NCBI GenBank assembly: GCA_965113315.1
Contig: OZ220368.1
Reading direction: 5' to 3' (one strand)
Length of the DNA: 64,000 nt
Source of the DNA: Podarcis vaucheri
Lineage: Eukaryota
Under the pieces are notes generated by a model, which saw only the letters and a program-made list of their open reading frames with translations, ran no database searches and was not told where the DNA came from. A program made the translations under genes and the position numbers. Of the stretch, positions 1-12,753 are shown piece by piece; position 1 is the first letter of the stretch, and every line of letters starts with the position of its first letter.

Positions 1-1164
1 CCCTTCAGTTTTACTAGGCTCTGGGAAGGAAGTCATACTGATGTGGGTGCACTTTACTCCCTCCATCCTGGATTCCCGGCAGATCCCTCTGGGTGGTCTG
101 GAACCTGATGCGCCTTACTGACCCTCAGCAGCTCATCCACCACTTTCAACAGGTCTGCCTGCAGCAAGCAAAAACTCCGAACCCTGAGGCAGTCTGGGCT
201 CCCCTTGCCTCCATGGAAGACTCAATTGGCAGAATAGGACTGCTCACTTTTTCACAAGTGGCAAAAATAGAACGTTGACTTCAATTCCTGTAAATCGGGC
301 ATTGCTGAGGCGGTAGCTGACTGCTCATTCTACCATCACAACAGAAGCAAAAGCAACAGTGATATTCATCTCTCCCTGCATTGCCCCAGAGGGTAGATGA
401 AGGAAATACAGGGGGCCAAGGCCCAAGGTGGCTCTGAATGAGAGAAGGACACCCAAGATCTGCTCTGGGAACTAGGCAGGGCGAGATTAAGGGTGAATTT
501 TAATTTAGGATGTCACCAAATTGCATGATTGTGCCTCCTGGAGCGAGAGAGACAAGCCATCTGATGATCCCCTCCTCCACAGCAGGAAATAGAACTATTG
601 ATGCTGTGAGGCATTATGGGAAGAAACCAGACTACCTTTCATATCAAGTTCTTGGCATTTCATTATGAGACAACATTGATTAATTTCTCTAACTGCTTTC
701 CATTCTTATACTCTCAAGACTTTGCCAATGACTGTACATAATCTGAATTGTGCATGACACGCTTTTAGTCTGTGTTGTAACACAAGGCCCACATATTTAT
801 ACTCAGTTGCAAAACAGCGAGTGAAGTGTAGGTGGAGGGCACTTGTGCAGTGGAACACAACATGTGTTCATAATAGAAGAGCTCTCTTCAGTCCCATTTG
901 CAATCAAAGCACAAAGGGGAATTGTCTACTTTAAAGATTTTACTCTTATACAGCACTTTCAAGATACTTCATTTTACATCCATCAAAAGGCTCAGATGTC
1001 TTCTGAATATAGCATTATGGAAGCATTATTTCTGAAGGAATGTTGAAGATACTCCCATTTTTGTTTACTGTTCCATACCAATAATTACGTTGTAACTGAC
1101 CCTCTAAAACAATAGTCCATATTTTCAGGAAGGCTTTTCAGTTTACAAAAGAATACTCCATTTG

Positions 1165-4100
1165 AAAGATTCTTCCTTTTCTAATTTAATAGAAATAACC
1201 AAAACAAAGTGGTTTTCAAAACAATTCTTTTTAAAACTGTTCTAAGTACAACTGCTACACCACATTCCAGAGCATTTAACAAGAAATATTTACAGGCTGC
1301 TAAATGTATTAAATAATCATGTAAAGGGGAAAAATGCCTTTATTACACACCAGCCAAAAAACACAGGAACTGAACAATTAGAAACGTTAACTTGTTTTTA
1401 AAAAATTAAATATTATTCAGAGAATACATTACCACAGAAACAGCACTTTTTTGAAGAATCAGTAAAGTTAACTATGTGCAAAAAGTACCAGTTTTAATTA
1501 CCAGAAATAATATTGGGAATGGAACCCTTTGATTTGTAGGTTTACATATAAAATTAAAACAGGCTTTCAATTGCACAAATCTTTATAGACCTGTTATATA
1601 CATCTTTAATGGTATTTTGAACTGAAGAAATGCCCACATCTGCAGGCCTTTTACAAACATGCATCACCTTCCATTTTGAAATTTATGTTCACACTAAGGG
1701 GGATGAGAGGTCTATGTTTGCATTTCTTTGTACAAAGTCACAAATCATGTCAAAAGAAAGCAGCAGCTCCTCCGCTTTAAAGGTACTCAAATAGAAAGGG
1801 GCAAACTGCATTTTTAAATTGTAAATCAGTTACTAAGTTAAGAACCAAAACAGCGATTTATCAAAGTTATTTTGATTCAGACACGTTTTAAAAGAAGAGA
1901 GAGGGACAAATAGGCAAAAACCACAAAAGCTACAATGGATGGAGTTACTGCACGTGCAACTTTGGAAAGGAAAAGTGATGGCCATATCTGACATCACAAG
2001 TCTTATGCATTAGTCTGAAATATGTCTATTTAAATTGTGGCATATAAAGTTTTTAAAAAAGTACCTCCGTTATTTACTCAAACACCTACTTTTTAAAAAA
2101 ATATGTTAACTTTTCCCCAATTTTTAAAATAAAATGCCACACTATTAACTGCACACTTTATTATTTTTTTAAAAGCTAGACTTGGGTGATACACATACAA
2201 ACTCTCCTATAAAACCACTACCCAAAGGAAAAGGATTCCTGCCATGCTAAAGCGGCAACAGACAAAGCAGTCTTATTGCTTTTTCCTAGAAAAAGGAGGG
2301 AAAAACGGAAAAAAGAAGAAGCCTACAACCAGTACATTACATACTCAACTTCAACATACTGTTGCCATTACCTACACTTCAATAGGACTGGCGAAGGAAA
2401 CTAAGTTATACAACAGAACGGCAAATTGGGGTGATTTGTTAAAAAATATTGGTTGTTACAGTGGCTTGCAGAAATGTTTATAAAACATTCCACTTATCTA
2501 TCCAGTGCTCAGTATGCCGACAGTCAATGCCACATCAAGTAGTATTAATGGGAATCTTTTCACATGAAAAAAAAGGCTATCTACATTTAACAGCATTTCT
2601 ACTTTTAAAAGCTAGCGCGGGGAAACACCCTTTTTTGGATAGTAATTCAGCCTTAATAGTAAATGGTAGGACACTTAATTCCAGGGCACAGTTAAGTAAG
2701 ACCTGAACATACTTAGCTGGTTAAACTAACACTAATTACTAGTAATTACATGGCAGGGGACCTGCTGAGGTAATTGAGAAGTCCACAGTCAGCACGCTGC
2801 ATACTTGTCGTCCTTCCTGTTTCAAAGCAAACTGCCTTTTTTCTTCTTTGGATTAACTTAAACTTTCAGAACATATACAACCAACAGGAGAGATTTGAAT
2901 TATTATTATTTTACAGGAACGTTTAAAATCAGAGCGCAAGAGTCAAATTAAGTGACAAGAGTATCTTGGGACCATTTGGAACCATAATACACTTAAGTTA
3001 TATTGTAATTATGCAGCACAGGTAAATCCATATCGCATGCAAGGGAAGCTCCACTATCCATTTCAAACCAGATACAAAAGTGTGCTCTCAATCCCAGTAT
3101 AGCTCAGTTATTGCACAAACATCCATGGACTGCCAAATGCAGGTTGATCTTGAATGCACATTAAACATACAAGGTGGCAGGAAATTTACTCTGACTGAAC
3201 AAATCTTGCGAACACTAAGAAAAGTACACAATCTAAAAATGGGGCACGTAACGTATTTGTCTATTTCCTACCTTCAGGAATACATCCTAGTGATTTGTAA
3301 AATTTGTGTAGAACTTTCTGATCTACTACATTCCAAGCAGATAATCAAAGGGAAAGAGCAACCCAAAAACCAACGTGTATGAAAAAAGCTATTTATTCAT
3401 TCTTTTGTAAATAATAAATCCTTGGAACTGCAAAACACTACCATTCTCTACCTGCACTGAACTTTGCAAAGCTGCAAGACTGCAAAAAAGTCAAACGATT
3501 GCCATATGCCACCAGCACCAGCAAAGCAGGTTCCTGAACATAGTTTAGTTACATTCCTCAAAAGAACGGGTCTTCTACTTTTACATGTAGCATGGAAATG
3601 TGGGTGATTAGCCTAAGAGATCTGAAAAGAAAGTATGCTGACAAAATTGCAGCTTTCAGGTAATATGGAAAGCCAGGTTGTCAAAATGTTCTTCAAAGTA
3701 CAGGAAAAATATAGATGCCATGGAAACTACAAAATACATAAATTTTAAGATTCATGGTGCATATTCCATTGCAAATTGGAACGCTAGAAAATACAGTGTA
3801 TGTTATTAAGCACTTTGCTCTATACTGCCTTACTGACATGCAGCGGTTTTACCAAAATGTCAGTTAAAAGCACATCTACTAAACTTGTGGGAGCTTGTGA
3901 GAAAGTCAACACATTAACAGATGGAACAAGCTCTCACTTTTTACATATTATCACTTCAACTGAGCATAGATGGTAACATTCAAGCCCATCTGTGCCGGTT
4001 TTTTCCACATAAGAACTTCCTTGCTCCATGATTCTGTTCCCATATTTGTGTGTGTGTGTGTGGTAGGTGACCCAATGTACTGAAAAACATGACAGCCCAG

Positions 4101-6928
4101 TTTCAATGTTACCCTCGATGCATGGAAAAGACTTCATCCTAGGACTCGCTTCTACTGTTACAGCTGACCTTCCATCAGGAAAAGGAATGTTTGACCAAGT
4201 TATTAAAGAGGGCAATGATAATTATATTCAGATACAGACAATTTAGAATTAGTTAGGCAAAAACCTTTAGAAATCACCTTGTAAATCCAAAAATTCTGTT
4301 GGATGCTCCTACTTTAAATGCAATGTTAATAATGATCCAAAAAAGTGAATCAAAGCCATAAAGTATCTTTTAACTACTTTCCCCAGTTACAGATCCAGTT
4401 ACATCCTGTCTGCACACAGAAAATGAAAACACACATTTTTATTAAAATTCTCTGCATCAATGAGACAACACATTGTGCAACAGAATCTATTCATCAATTC
4501 CTTTATATGTTGTGAACCATTTCCCATGATGAATTTACTCAGTGTTACAGCAATTTACATTTTGGTCACCATTGTATGGTCTGCATTTTTGAAACTGTCG
4601 TAAAAATATGCCATACAGGGGCCGGGCCATAGCTAGGGGATGGTGAGGTGGGCCCCCGCCAGGGGCGCAGGCGAGGGTGTGTGTGTAAAATTGGCTGCTG
4701 AGACCCTCCGCTAGGCACCCTGTCCAGCCAGCGCTCCCTGCCCGAAGGCCAGGCGGGGCGGGGAAGAGGGTGCGCTGGGCAGCAGCTGCTCTCAGCTGCC
4801 CCTTGCCCCTCCTGGCAGCTGTGCAGTCTGGCGGGGGAGCCTGCACATGCCTCAAGCGCCCCATCCCATTTGGCCATGAGGCGCTGGCTCTGCCTCTCCC
4901 GGACCTCACTCAGGGTCATGGCTGTGAAGGTCCACCAGCCTCAGCCCCTGACACTGCCTGGCCCACCTCACTGCCTGCGCCCCTGGGCACGGGGGAGAGC
5001 CGTCAACTTCAAAGCCTGCCTACTCCAGAGTCATTTCTCTCTCCTTTCGCACACCCTCCCTCAAGGGTGCCAACTTGAATAAAATATATGGGGGGGCAGG
5101 TAAAATCGACAAGACGGAGCACACACACACTAACTTAATGACAGTGCTCATTAACTTGGGGGGGGAACCTCCTCAAATATTTTAAGGGGGGGTCAAGGAA
5201 GCTTGGCCCCAAGGAGTTAGCTCCCATGCCCTTCTCCCTATTAAAGTGGGGTGCTCCCCACTTTATGTGATTTCACTTATGCAGGCCCGGGCCCGGAACA
5301 TAACCTGTGCATAAGTAGGGAGATGGCTATATACTGTCATCTAGGTCAGCCTTCCCATCTTGGTGTCCTCCTTCAATCAGAATTAATTACAAAAAAGAAT
5401 GGGTACAGGGTTGGGGTTGGAGGAGAGGCAGAAAGAAGAGCTAATCTGTTCGTGGCTTGGGAGCGCAATCTGGACGGTTCTGCAGGGGCGCAAGATCACC
5501 TAATTACGGCTCTGTACGGGGGCTTGAAATTGTATCCTCTGGTGCTGTTCAATACAGACCAGATAGGGAATTTTACCTGTTTGACAAAAGATTACAATAA
5601 CACAGCAATATTTCTGCTCTTGGTGTTTCCACTGAGGCAGAACTGAAGAGCTTGCTTACATGCAGATTACCACAACTGGGGCTGGCCCATTTTCATCACC
5701 TACCCAGAAATCACTTGTCTGATACACTGGTCCATGCAAATTTTCTGTTTTAAGGGTGAACAACTAACTCTGTCTCAATAGACTCTTTTCTTTCACATGT
5801 CATTTAAGCTGCTTCTGAAGAAAACTCTGAGTAGCTCTAACGGAATAATAAAAGAACGTCAAACTAGGAACTCAGTTTTAGAAATAAACAACATATTACA
5901 AATCTGTTCTTGATTAGGAACATTAGTAAGAATACATATTAGCTTAAAAACAGACTAGCAAATGTTGCTGTCTGAAAGGATTTACAATATCACTATTTAC
6001 AAATAAGACAGAGTGAATACAGAAAATTTTACACATTTGGTAGTTGACAAAGTTACTGTTTGCTGATAGTGGTCTATCAGAAACTGATATTAAGGAAGAC
6101 TGGACAGTCACCAGCTATTAACTTCATGGTCTAATTCTGATATTATTAGGATCTATATAACCAGTATTGCAGCCAACATCCTGCCTTTCAAGGGAAGAAA
6201 AATAGGATTAATAAACTCCAAGAGGATACTCACTTAAGTATTCTGTGCATAGGACTTCCACTCAAGACCACGAAAAGCATTAACTGCAACCATACTTAAT
6301 GAAGCACATATGAAGAACTTGCACTCCTGCATTCTCCAATTCAAAATGTTTTAATGATCAAGTCACGATACTTCTATACACAGTCAGTTAAAAGAAAGCA
6401 GAACCCAGCTATTTGACCCAACGCAGAATATGATACTCGCAATACCACTTAGATGAGACGATGAATAAAAACAATCCAATTCACACCTAGGGTTGCATGA
6501 AGAGGATCTTGAGGAAGGTTTCTTGCAGTTTAAACTGCTGCCTAGCATGGAAGCAAACATGACTGCCTTGGTCCAGTCTTTCAAAAATGGTTACTAAGTA
6601 GTGACAAGAGTTCACTGTTCATACAAATGTTGTGATATAAAACTCGTTTCTTTATCAACATTCATCCCACACACAAATCTGAGAAATGAGGGAGTATTCT
6701 CAAGTGAAAAATGAAAATTCAAACACTAAAAACAAAAAAACCGGAACAGAAGTTGAAAGCTCCCCCCCCCTTTTTGACAAGTATGTTTCTGTACAAATGC
6801 TTTTTGTATTCTAATACTGTCTGAACACTATCAGCTTCAATAAGATGGCCACTGAAGGCAAGATAATATTCCAGGAACACTTAAATATGTTTCTCTTTTT
6901 ACAATAGTTTAGGTCCGTTTTAATCAGG
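1165..6928 (-). other. TRIM33: Probable long TRIM33 3' UTR (distal end approximate)
   Basis: AT-rich, largely repeat-poor sequence after the stop. Minus-strand AATAAA at 4438-4443, 3392-3397 and 1339-1344, and ATTAAA at 1185-1190. Contains Pumilio elements and miRNA seed matches. Confidence 0.6.
4616..5296. mobile_element. GC-rich composite of non-autonomous DNA-transposon-like repeats inside the 3' UTR region
   Basis: Abrupt GC-rich block in AT-rich UTR. Segments GGGTGCCAACTTGAATAAAATA and GGCCCCAAGGAGTTAGCTCCCATG resemble lizard MITE ends as I recall them. Possible degenerate TIR CAGGGGCCGGGCC...GGCCCGGGCCCGG; no clear TSD. Confidence 0.5.
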
Positions 6929-7141
6929 TTACTTTATATGCACCGGTCTCTCATCTGATTTTAGACGTTTTCTACGTGGCTGTATAAAATCTTCATCGGA
7001 GTCATCTGTTATTTCAGCATCGTCCTCTTCTTGCTCAAATTCAGGTAAAGGCTGGAAGGTCCTGTCTGGGTAGATCTCTGTAAGTTTATCTTCAAAGTAT
7101 AACGCAACTGCCTTCCCTGCCTGTGCTACTTCTGAATCACC
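6929..7141 (-). CDS. TRIM33: TRIM33 exon 20 coding part (end of bromodomain, acidic tail, basic NLS-like PRRKRLK, stop)
   Basis: ttcag|GDSEVAQAGKAVALYFEDKLTEIYPDRTF...FIQPRRKRLKSDERPVHIK*; 213 nt including TAA. Confidence 0.97.
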   Translation of the reverse strand, partial: GDSEVAQAGKAVALYFEDKLTEIYPDRTFQPLPEFEQEEDDAEITDDSDEDFIQPRRKRLKSDERPVHIK

Positions 7142-7223
7142 CTGAAAAGTAAAAAGATAGTAACACATCACCCATTGGTAATGCACATCCCTTCAGCAAG
7201 TGAGCATGGTCTGAAACGCTTAC

Positions 7224-7274
7224 CTTAAAATTAATTTCTTGTGTTTCTGCATAAACTTGAACAACTTTCATCAT
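7224..7274 (-). CDS. TRIM33: TRIM33 exon 19 (51-nt cassette exon, alpha-isoform bromodomain insert)
   Basis: tttag|MMKVVQVYAETQEINFK|gtaagc; phase 0-0. Closely resembles the recalled 17-aa insert of mammalian TRIM33 alpha. Confidence 0.92.
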
Positions 7275-8724
7275 CTAAAAAGGATACCAGAGTCAAAAAA
7301 AAGGAAATTATAATCCCTTCTAAAGTCATGAGACCGCACAGGATTGGATGACTAAAGTCAACCATACCAATTTATTTTTAAAATTCAGTGATGTAGAGGT
7401 GACTCTCTTCATGAGGTGTTACTGCATTTGCAGTACACGAATCCTAAGCAAGTTATGTTACTGCAGAAACTGATACCAAGCACAGAAGACCAGTATTGTT
7501 TGACTCACAGAAAATTTATTCAGCAAACTGATGTGAGAGCTGTGACGTGGAAGTTCGGCAGTCATCTCTTTCATCCAAGTGCCTGAAAATGTCTCCTAAA
7601 AAATGGCCTAAGTGATGTGATATTTTTCTGTTGGGTCTTTGTCCACTTTGATGAACAAAATGTAACCACACATAGAAAGTAGTCCTGAACATTTGAGATC
7701 ATACTGCCGCAATAAAAGAGGCAGACATCCTCATTGCTGTAGTTTCCTACTGTAGCTGTAACTATTCACCCTTAAGAGCTGAAGCATTTTCCTTCCATAG
7801 CAAATGATTCAACTATTCCTTAACATCAGTATGCTCTGAGACACACAGCTCTTCCACCTCACTTGTTTAGCTCAGTTAAAAAGGTCAATTCCCAACTGGT
7901 TTCAAGAAGTCTACCATGTGTAGTGACTCATACCCTTTTTGGCTTTACACTTTTATTGTTCTTATGTCTTGAAATAGAAAGCACAGGCTACTTGAATGCA
8001 CCATGAAACAAGTGAAATTATAAACTGTAGAACACCATCAAGATCTGTCTCATTCCCTGCATGTCCACAAACAGTGTATGGTCACACATCGCAGAAGTTT
8101 CTAAATTTAGTTTTTTAAGGATTAGTTTTAAGTGTGGAAACTATGGGTGACATCCAACTTAGCATGAGTAGAGATATCTGCTCACACAACTGGGCTTCTC
8201 CTTCCTTTCCTCACCGCTTACAGCCTCTGCTTTCCTGCTCCGGAAGGTTGGGCGTAAGAGAAAACAGAAGTCTTCTTGCACAAGTGAATTTCTATTGCAC
8301 GAGCAGGTAGGCATCTTTAAATGTCTTCCTATGCCAAAATGACCTCCCATGTCCATATTAAGTATTTCCCTATCCATTGTTTTATTATTTTTATATTATT
8401 TTATGAATTACCCCATCATGTAGTTTATAAGTCACATTTTTGTAGGATGCGTGTGTAACAACTTTATGTTTCAGTCTGAGAGTACCGTACTTTAGAAAGT
8501 ACCATCTATGAAATGCCACATTCCAGACATGCACAATCATAGATGTTTTGTATTATTTATATTAATGGATTTTTTGAACTGACATGCAACAGTAAAACGG
8601 GCACTCAAGTCGTGTTATTAGCTGGCAGCTGAAAAAATAATGAAGCCCAGCAGATTACCTTGTAAGATGAAGGGTCTTCCCAAAATAATTTGGTTTTGTG
8701 TGTAAAAATATCTGAGGGAGGTTT

Positions 8725-8950
8725 AGAACAGCACTGCAGGATCAGACAAATGATCCATCTAGTCCGTATCTGGTCCTAAGAATAGCTAGTCAGATGTTTT
8801 AAGGTGCAAGTAAATAAGGCATGGAGGCAACAGCACTCCTCGGCTGCATATCCTCAGACTTTAGTATTTAAAAATATACTGTTCCTAAACATGGAAGCTC
8901 CATCCAGCTATGTTGGCTGATCAATGGCTAACCATGAATGTCTAAACCTT
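8725..8950 (-). mobile_element. Degenerate CR1 LINE 3'-end fragment
   Basis: GGATCAGACAAATGATCCATCTAGTCC...AACATGGAAGCTCCATCCAGCTAT resembles the squamate CR1 3' end. Related to 11140-11620 and 42500-42950. Confidence 0.5.
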
Positions 8951-9607
8951 TCACACTTTTATTTAAGGTTTATTTACTCTGCACCACCACTTCCCCAAAC
9001 TGTTTACAGTTCACTTACAAGAGTTTATGTTTTAATGAAACAAATTATTTATATGGATATAATATATAAGTGGATATAATTGATTTAATTTATAAGTAAG
9101 ATTACTTCTAGTTGTAATGGCTTGTTTTGGTTTCCACTGCTTTTACAGCTTTGCAGTTATCCCGTTAAGTGATTCCCTCAAGGAACTTGTCTCGGATAGT
9201 TTTATCATTTGGGTCTGCTCAGTTCAGGCAATAATGTGCCAGCATAGGAAGGTTTGCTCTACAGAAAACACAAGCAATCTTCAATCAAAACTTGCAATAT
9301 ATTTAGACAATACACAGATATTAGTCTCTTCCAGACATGATTTGAGCCATCCAAATACCAATTTCACTAACATGAAATCTGAAAATATGAGAAGCCAAGG
9401 AATTGTCTACAGATCACAGAGTAGACTGTATGTGAGTGGGCTATCCAAAACTTAAAACAATGAAAAAAGCCTATATGCATACATTAATATGCAAATAAGC
9501 ACCACTCTGTAATCTGTCTACTATAAGGTAGGTTGACAGATCACATGAATAGGTATTTATATGCTTTGAACCCATTCACAGTAAATGTTCTATGCACAAT
9601 TGGGGAG

Positions 9608-9889
9608 GAAGAAGAAGAAGAAGAAGAAGAAGAAGAAGAAGAAGAAGAAGAGGAGTTTGGATTTGATATCCCGCCTTTCACTCCCTTTAAGGAGTCTCAA
9701 AGCGGCTAACAATCTCCTTTCCCTTCCTCCCCCACAACAAACACTCTGTGAGGTGAGTGGGGCTGAGAGACTTCAAGAAGTGTGACTGGCCCAAGGTCAC
9801 CCAGCAGCTGCATGTGGAGGAGCGGAGACGCGAACCCGGTTCCCCAGATTACGAGACTACTGCTCTTAACCACTACACCACACTGGCTC
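9608..9889 (-). mobile_element. tRNA-derived CORE SINE (Squam3-like) with (CTT)n tail
   Basis: Minus-strand head GCCAGTGTGGTGTAGTGGTTAAGAG (box A) and GGTTCGCGTCT (box B), CORE-like GGGTGACCTTGGGCCAGTCAC; (GAA)n on plus strand from 9608. Confidence 0.88.
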
Positions 9890-10072
9890 AAGACTCAGTT
9901 CTGTGCCCAACCATGTAAACATACAACCTATAAAGTGGGAGCCCTACATAAATGAACCACAAGTCTAGAACTCCTACAGCAGTTGTAACTAAAGTCTACG
10001 TGGAAAAGGTGCAACGTGGAATGAGCTTCGCATATTAACCAGAATGATTCTGCAGGTTGGAAGTTAACATAC

Positions 10073-10225
10073 TTCATTAAACCTTTCACAGTTCTTGAAG
10101 ATCAGCCGAACATCAGCCACAAAATCTTCAGGTGTCTGGTAGTGCTGGGAATGTTTCTTCTGCAGTTTCTTCTTCACTGTAGATAAATCCATTGGTTTCT
10201 TTATTATTTTATAGTAATTTGGTAT
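10073..10225 (-). CDS. TRIM33: TRIM33 exon 18 (bromodomain)
   Basis: caacag|[51 protein letters not shown]|gtatgt; 153 nt. Confidence 0.97.
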
Positions 10226-10316
10226 CTGTTGAGAAAAGATGGAGGGAGTCACAAAAGTCAAAGTAAAGTGTATATCCAATGTGGTGATATTTCATTTATG
10301 CAACAGTGAAATATTC

Positions 10317-10318
<2 letters not shown>

Positions 10319-10358
<40 letters not shown>
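10319..10358. repeat. (AG)n microsatellite
   Basis: Direct read. Confidence 0.97.
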
Positions 10359-10360
<2 letters not shown>

Positions 10361-10615
10361 TGATAGATTCATTCTCTCTTTCTTCTGAGAAAACATGTGA
10401 TTAAAAAAAATTAGTGGCCATCATGAGCTCTCTGGTTCAGTCAACTATCTTCATCCAAATGACTTTGTGAACAGATAAAACTACTCAAAAAACTGGCCAA
10501 CAAAATAATAATCACACTGATTTTAGTCCAAGTTTCATTACGACAATTTTGTCTGTCAATTGCTGGTTATTTCACATTCTATCATTTCCATGGTAAAATG
10601 CATGAAGTCACTCAC

Positions 10616-10690
10616 CGAGGCTGGGACTGGCTCTTGGAATTCAATGCTCAGCTCGTGGCAATACAAGTAAAGCAGGAGGCGCTCACATTT
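10616..10690 (-). CDS. TRIM33: TRIM33 exon 17 (bromodomain)
   Basis: tgcaag|[25 protein letters not shown]|gtgagt; 75 nt. Confidence 0.94.
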
Positions 10691-11139
10691 CTTGCAGAGA
10701 GAAAAAAAACAGTAAATAATCATTCATTCATTTGCTTATGTAACAAAATTGATATATTACTTGATTGCAATAAAACCTATTGAACTGTTTACAAGAGATC
10801 TTCCAAAAGAAGTAATTCCAAAAGGCAGCATTTCAGTTAATGTATAAGTTACAGGGGAATAGTCTATATAAAGGATTCTCTAAGCCCAACAACTGAAACA
10901 AATAAACCTCCTACTCTGCAGTAGCCTCACTAACTTCAACAAGACTACCTGGAACAAGTGTAGCCTGTGGTTAAGATTCAAAGAACCAGGCTACTAATTC
11001 CATGTGCCAAAGGGGTTTCTGGATTTATTTCCCGAACCAGCAGTACTACATGCCAAAACCTTTGGCGCTGCAGGAAGTTTTGACAGCAGTTTGATACAGC
11101 ATGAAGAATGTATTCTAAGCAACAAAAAGAGCCCACTAC

Positions 11140-11620
11140 ATTAGAACAAGCTCTTGAGCTCCTGACTAGCCTGATACTTCAGGGAAGCACACAATCCAAG
11201 CACCATGTAGACAACCCACCCTTTTTGCCTCCACAAAGATAGTGCTCAGGTTATTTACTGCCTCTGAATGTAGAAGCATTCTTCCTAGCTAAGAGCCACT
11301 GACAGATCTAGCATCCAAAAATGTAATTCTTTCTAAAAGTTGCATATGCTATTCACAACACCCAGTGCAACATCTAAGGCACTGCCTGAAATATTCTGCC
11401 CATCCTGAACCTACCACACATTGTTTTATGTTATTAAATGCATTAAATTTATCAATGACATTCAATGACATCCAGTTCTGAGTTTGAGTGAATCATTTCT
11501 CTATTTTTTCCTCTCCCTCTAGTCATAATTTTAGAAACCTTCATCATGCATCCAACAAATTTTAAGTTAAAAAAAAAATCAACTATTTAAGCCTTTCTTA
11601 AGAGAATGTCCCCTTGATAG
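11140..11620 (-). mobile_element. Old CR1 LINE fragment
   Basis: TACTGCCTCTGAATGTAGAAG...AGCCACTGACAGATCTAGCATCC...ATCCTGAACCTACCA...CATAATTTTAGAAACCTTCATCATG resembles the antisense CR1 3' region. Confidence 0.5.
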
Positions 11621-11727
11621 TTTTGCCTCTGGGGTTTTGTTTTTTTATGGGAAACTGGTTCACAGACTGCACCTTCACTAGCGAGAAGGTGTCACAACCT
11701 TCTGTTGCATCCTCTTCTCAGAATGTA

Positions 11728-11896
11728 CCGTATTTTTTGCACCATAACACTCACTTTTTTCCTCCTAAAAAGTAAGGGGAAATGTCTGTGCGTGTTATGG
11801 AGGGAATGCCTACGGGTGGCATGCCTACAGATATTCCTCCTCTAAAAACTATGTGCATGTTATGGTCGGGTGCATGTTATAGAGCGAAAAATACGG
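11728..11896. mobile_element. Tc1/mariner (pogo/Tigger-like) MITE
   Basis: TIRs CCGTATTTTT..GC / GCGAAAAATACGG flanked by TA on both sides. Confidence 0.88.
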
Positions 11897-12717
11897 TACT
11901 TTGCTAATCCCATTTCAGTTAATTCTATGGAGGAAACTAAACCAGTTGTTCAAGACCATTGATATCAAAAACTTTTAGTAAAAAAGCCATTGTCACAGGT
12001 GGCAAGACTATTTATTGTTTATAGAGTGATTATTTTACTTATTTTACAATTTCTATACCTGCTTTCTACCCCTCCCCCCCAAAAAGGTACAAAAAGTATG
12101 CAAACAGCTATCAATGAAATATAGCATCAATGAAAATCAAACCATAAGCATTCTAACTGCTACAAATTGCCAAAGCCAGAGGATACAGCACCAGCTGTGA
12201 GCATCTCTCTCTGCAGCCACCAACTGCCATTACTGAAACCTACAGAGAGAGACAGAAGCAACAGCTTCATTGTGCTTCTAGCTCCATTGGGGTCCCTTCC
12301 AACTCTACAATTCTATGGTTCCATTACATGCTGAATTACTGCCTATCATAGAGATGTGAACAGCTTTGGAAAACAGAAAGTAAAGACAGTCTAATCATAC
12401 CTAAAAGGAAGTGTTCAAAATTCCCAAATCTTTTCATCATTAGAGCACATGTTTCACAGACTGAGACAAGGGGGCCATCTAAGGAGGGAGCTGAAGCCAA
12501 GGTGGGAACTATACTGGTCGAAAAGGACAGCTCTTTGGATCACAGGTGAAAGGGTAAAAAAGGAAGATCATGAGGGGCACAGACTAGAAGCATTGCAAGA
12601 GGATTGTACTATAAATCATTTGGAAGAGCACTGAAGCTAAATTATCCTATGCACGTGAAAGTAATGATCTTTTGTAAGCCATCATAGGAAAGCTGTGCAC
12701 TGAAGGAAGCCAGTATG

Positions 12718-12718
<1 letters not shown>

Positions 12719-12753
<35 letters not shown>
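12719..12753. repeat. (TCAA)n microsatellite
   Basis: Direct read. Confidence 0.95.

Noticed and set aside
4535-5082. Cluster of roughly 70-124 aa ORFs in the 3' UTR region
   Set aside because: Arise from the GC-rich repeat block; overlapping on both strands with no domain similarity.
9585-9785. Poly-Lys ORF; likewise poly-Tyr/Ile ORFs at 30725-31033
   Set aside because: Translations of the (GAA)n SINE tail and the (TAT)n microsatellite.
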